DNA of 32,113 nt from Trichomonas gallinae (Eukaryota), in contig MRSU01007941.1 of NCBI GenBank assembly GCA_008369845.1, positions 1 to 32,113 of the forward strand, written 5' to 3'. The position numbers were made by a program, and so were the translations under genes. The notes under the pieces are model-generated. The model did no database searches. It saw only the letters and a program-made list of their open reading frames with translations, and was not told the origin of the DNA. Of this stretch, positions 28,491 to 32,113 are shown in pieces (position 1 is the stretch's first letter; each line of letters starts with the position of its first letter).

Positions 28491-28528
28491 TGAAATTTTG
28501 AATTTTCCGACACTTTTTTTACTTTGAG

Positions 28529-30148
28529 ATGAGTTCACCGAAAAGTCCATTCACATTGATTATTGAGCGTGCAACACGACGCTTGGAGATGTTTTTCAGG
28601 CGCTGTGAGGATCGTGAAGCTGCGCTTTTCGTTGATCCAGGTCTTGATGAAGTTATTGTCAGAATTGTCAAACCACACATTATACGAAGCTGTTTCAAGA
28701 AAATCTTCACATACAATACAAACAAAACGAAATTCAATTATGATATCATAACAATTTTCACAACAGGCGAATCAAATCATCTCAAAGAATACGTAGACGC
28801 TTTAACTAACACGAAAGCACCACCGAAAGAGATTATGATCATATTTACCAACAGATTTTCATATGTTGCGAGGCAATTTCTCGAAGTACATGGATTTTTG
28901 CATAGATTTACTTTCGAAGAGCTTCGTTTACCGAGTTGGATCCTCGATCAGGATCTCGCAACATTGGAAATGAAGAACTCATTCTTAAATGTTGTATCTG
29001 ATGGAGGTAGATTGGCTGTTGAAGCATCATCTGATGTTTTGAAATCAATTCCATGCTATGAATACTTTTCTAACATATTCTGCATAGGCCAAAATGCTAT
29101 TGACGTCGGATCTAACCTTCCACCGAACTTTCAGTCAGGATGGTCTCATATTTTAATATTTGATCGCACATTAGATCTTTTATCCATCTTTTTGTCAACA
29201 TTTACGTACGAAGCTATTTGTGCTGAACAAGTAGGCATCACATACGGCATTGTTAGACTGGAAAGCAACGAAACAATTCTTTTTGCTGCAGATGATCCTA
29301 TTTCTTCGACAACAAGACTCCTAACAATGGGCGAAGCATCGAATCAGATCAAGGACCTCTCACAAACAATCAAGCAAGAGTTTGACACACTGCAGAAGTC
29401 GAATGCTGACATCCACAACAAAGCAACAATGATTCGTGATATTGCGAATAAAGTTGTATTGGACAACCAGTCAATTTCGATGCATTTAGAACTTCTAAAG
29501 ATGCTCACTGATAAGGCTTTCGGCGAACCAGCGTTCAAAACAGTTTTAAACTCGGAATTAGATTTTCTTCTTTCAAAGAATGCGACTATTGATGCTGTTA
29601 ATGAATGTATTGCTTTAGCTAATGACTGGAGAATTCCTATTCGCGTTTTAGCAACGTATTGCTTAACAACAAAAGTTGTTCCAAATATTGATGAAGTCAG
29701 ACAGAATATTATCGATAAATTTGGAATGGAAGCGTTAGCAGCTCTATGGACTCTTGAAGAATGTGGCATTATTAAGGAAGGCCGCAAGAATAATTGGCCT
29801 CAAGTCAGAGATAAATTGAAATTGTACGTAGAAGATGCCGAAACAGGCTCAGCTGTTGTTTATTCAGGATATTATCCGATGTTCCTTAGGATTCTTGAGA
29901 AGATTATGAGAAAGCAGTGGAGTGATATTTCTGTTACTTTAGATGAGCTTGGAATCAAGTACTCAGTTTTAGGAAATCGTCAACCAAACATTAAGCGCGC
30001 TCTTGTTTTATTCGTTGGCGGTTCTATGTACGGAGAAATTGCAGCATTAAGAAAGAATACATCTTTAGGTGCTGCCATTGATGTTATTACAACAGACTTA
30101 TTGAGTGTCAACAAGATTCTATCTAGTTTTGCCGGTGTTGCTAAATAA
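28529..30148 (+). CDS. VPS33: Sec1/Munc18 family protein, VPS33-like
   Basis: [28 protein letters not shown] resembles [41 protein letters not shown] resembles [29 protein letters not shown] resembles IFFLGGVTFAEIAALR. Confidence 0.85.
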   Translation: [539 protein letters not shown]

Positions 30149-30445
30149 AATTGTTTTTTAGTCTTTTTTTTATCAAAAATTTCTTTCTAAATACATCGAG
30201 CATCACCTTAATAAGCGAAATATTTAGTGAAACCGATGTTTTGCCTGAGATTATATAAATTGTGAACAAAATCCAAAGTAAATAGAATTTTACATATAAT
30301 AAAACTGATTACCATGACATACATATAACAAATCTGTGATTCAAACTAATTCATGTAAAATAAGAAAATAAAGAAAGAAATTGTATAATTCATGAAAATG
30401 CAAAACAAACAATTTATGGTGCAAGTAACAAAAAACAAATAAGAA

Positions 30446-31306
30446 TTAAGAGTTAAGAAGATTTTCAAGTTCAACTTTTGGATTTGTAATAGCCACGCTC
30501 TCGATATTAGGGTCTACGTTTGGTGCTTCATGAGGTGATGAAGGTTGCTTTGGAGATTCTTTCTGATTCATAAGAGCGTGGATATTCATTGACTCAGGCG
30601 GAGGAACTGGAGCATGTGCTGGTGGTTGGACGGGTTCTGGGTTACTCATCTGCGGTGGCTCAAATCGAGGCGGCATATAGCTAATAAAGCCATCTTGCTT
30701 CAACCAATCGTTATTAACCACTTGTGATGGGGGTGGAGGCACCGAGGCTGTTGGCATATAGCTAATAAAACCATCTTGCTTGAGCCAATCGTTATTTTGT
30801 GCGTAATAAGGATTGACAGATTGCGAATTTTGCGCCATCATTGGATACGCGTGCGCTAATGGCACAGAATAGCAAATTTTAGGCGGAAATAGCGCCGAAT
30901 GTTTCGGAGGCTTTCCTCTTCCGACGTATTTATGTAATGTACCTGTAGATAAGTTAACACGTTTGCGAATTGAGCTGTTCCACCTGTTTTTAATAACATT
31001 TGCTGACTTTCCAGGCATTTCTTTTGCAATTACTGTCCATTTTGATCCAAATTTGTAATATAATTCGAGAATTTTTATGTCATCTTCGTCAGTCCATAGG
31101 ATTGACGTGCAGTCGAGGTTTGGCGCTAGATAATTATTGTATCTATCTCTGCATTGCTTGGGTGTTTTTGGATATTTTTTTGACACAATTGCCGAAATTT
31201 GGGTCCAATTCTTACCGGGGACTTCTTCTACAACCTCTTTTAGAAGGTCGTCTTCTTCCTTGGACCAATGCTTAACACCCCTAGCTTCGGGATTTGGAGC
31301 GCTCAT
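30446..31306 (-). CDS. R2R3 Myb DNA-binding protein
   Basis: WSKEEDDLL..NWTQIS..KTPKQCRDRYNNYLAP and WTDEDDIKILELYYKFGSKWTVIAKEMPGKSANVIKNRWNS, followed by a Pro-rich C-terminal region. Confidence 0.95.
   Translation of the reverse strand: MSAPNPEARGVKHWSKEEDDLLKEVVEEVPGKNWTQISAIVSKKYPKTPKQCRDRYNNYLAPNLDCTSILWTDEDDIKILELYYKFGSKWTVIAKEMPGKSANVIKNRWNSSIRKRVNLSTGTLHKYVGRGKPPKHSALFPPKICYSVPLAHAYPMMAQNSQSVNPYYAQNNDWLKQDGFISYMPTASVPPPPSQVVNNDWLKQDGFISYMPPRFEPPQMSNPEPVQPPAHAPVPPPESMNIHALMNQKESPKQPSSPHEAPNVDPNIESVAITNPKVELENLLNS
30672..30796 (-). repeat. 44-bp internal duplication in the Myb gene (81-bp period)
   Basis: Copies at 30672-30715 and 30753-30796 both encode NNDWLKQDGFISYMP. Confidence 0.95.
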
Positions 31307-32053
31307 TTATTTGAATGTATTTTAGTACGACAATTTTTACGGGTGTGAAAGCATTCGAAAAATGTATTAAATGACTATATATGCTCCAAACAAGTATATT
31401 TATTTGAATTCTATCAATTTTGAATCCAAAAATAATCGTCGTTTGAAATTACGATCTTTTTTCGAGATGCGTCTAGTTATTTTATTCAAAACATTTTAAT
31501 ATATCGGAAATATGACTCAAAAATAATCTAATGGATAAAAAAAAAAGTTGCATTTTAAGTAAATGTGCAAAATATATCGTAGACTATGTTGATTTTGATA
31601 TTTTAGGTTTTGATTTTTTGGAGCGTTAATTTCTTCGTCTCAAAATTTAAAATTGTGAGATTTACATTAGACTTTTGATAATGAATAAACCTCCCAATAT
31701 GTATTATATCGTAATTTATAATTTAATAACAAGAAATTAAGATAAATTTACCGCTCATTCAAAAGTGACAAATAAAAAGCGTTAATTTTGCTACAAAAAA
31801 ATCAAATTCATCCCAAAAATAGGTTATCTAGATGCTTATCAAAAATCTGACATTTGTCGATGTTAATTTTATTGTCCAAAATACAAAAATTAATGCATTT
31901 TCTGACTGCCACATTCATACTGATGAGTCATGTAATTAGAAAAATCGCTTAACATTTTCCGAATTTGAAAAATTGAATATACATTGCATGTGCATTCTGT
32001 AATGATGGTGCAATATGTTCACATGCCACTGAATGGGGTTTATAGTCATCACC

Positions 32054-32113
32054 GTTTTTATTGGAATCACCATGACTTTATTCGAATAAAGTCATGGTGA
32101 TTCCAATAAAAAC
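32054..32113. repeat. Perfect 60-bp palindrome running to the window end
   Basis: GTTTTTATTGGAATCACCATGACTTTATTC (32054-32083) is followed with no spacer by its exact reverse complement (32084-32113). Confidence 0.95.

Noticed and set aside
580..31306. Functional gene cluster of nuclear and trafficking genes
   Set aside because: Mixed orientations, individual promoter motifs and unrelated functions indicate an ordinary eukaryotic gene neighbourhood.
843..31325. Many short or antisense ORFs nested in the long genes (e.g. 7740-8201, 16065-16484, 21511-21981, 24649-24987, 27628-28074, 29344-29787)
   Set aside because: They are shadow frames of real CDSs, often with TTG/GTG starts, and show no recognisable motifs.
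31920..31945. CTGATGA...GAAA hammerhead ribozyme core
   Set aside because: No stem II can form between CTGATGA and GAAA, and stems I and III are not evident.
1..32113. Spliceosomal introns, tRNA/rRNA genes and intact transposons (Maverick, mariner, Mutator)
   Set aside because: I saw no ACTAACACACAG-type 3' splice motif, tRNA or rRNA signature, or transposase, integrase or polymerase ORF. The search was by eye only.

Overview
AT-rich eukaryotic DNA with compact, apparently intronless genes. Inr (TCA(T/C)T(T/A)), AAAGTGAC and CCTTT promoter motifs, TAAA poly(A) signals fused to stop codons, BspA-like and Pmp-like surface proteins, an R2R3 Myb and ankyrin debris all point to a trichomonad parabasalid (Trichomonas vaginalis or a close relative; inferred). 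About 16 protein-coding genes: a divergent MED13 (MedPIWI) homolog, a C2-like protein, RINT1/TIP20, condensin II CAP-H2, a short NXF1/Mex67-like RRM+LRR protein, Pmp-like and BspA-like membrane proteins, a CIP2A-like ARM/coiled-coil protein, a TMEM181-like protein, a P-loop protein, RPL21, Tudor-SN, VPS33, a Myb factor and two hypotheticals. The most notable non-coding signal is the motif TGNCRTGTAAA. It forms regularly spaced tandem arrays or single copies just upstream of several unrelated genes. There is also a G-run array upstream of CAP-H2, several decayed ankyrin fragments in intergenic DNA, and a perfect 60-bp palindrome at the window end. All homology calls come from motif recognition by eye; no database searches were run.
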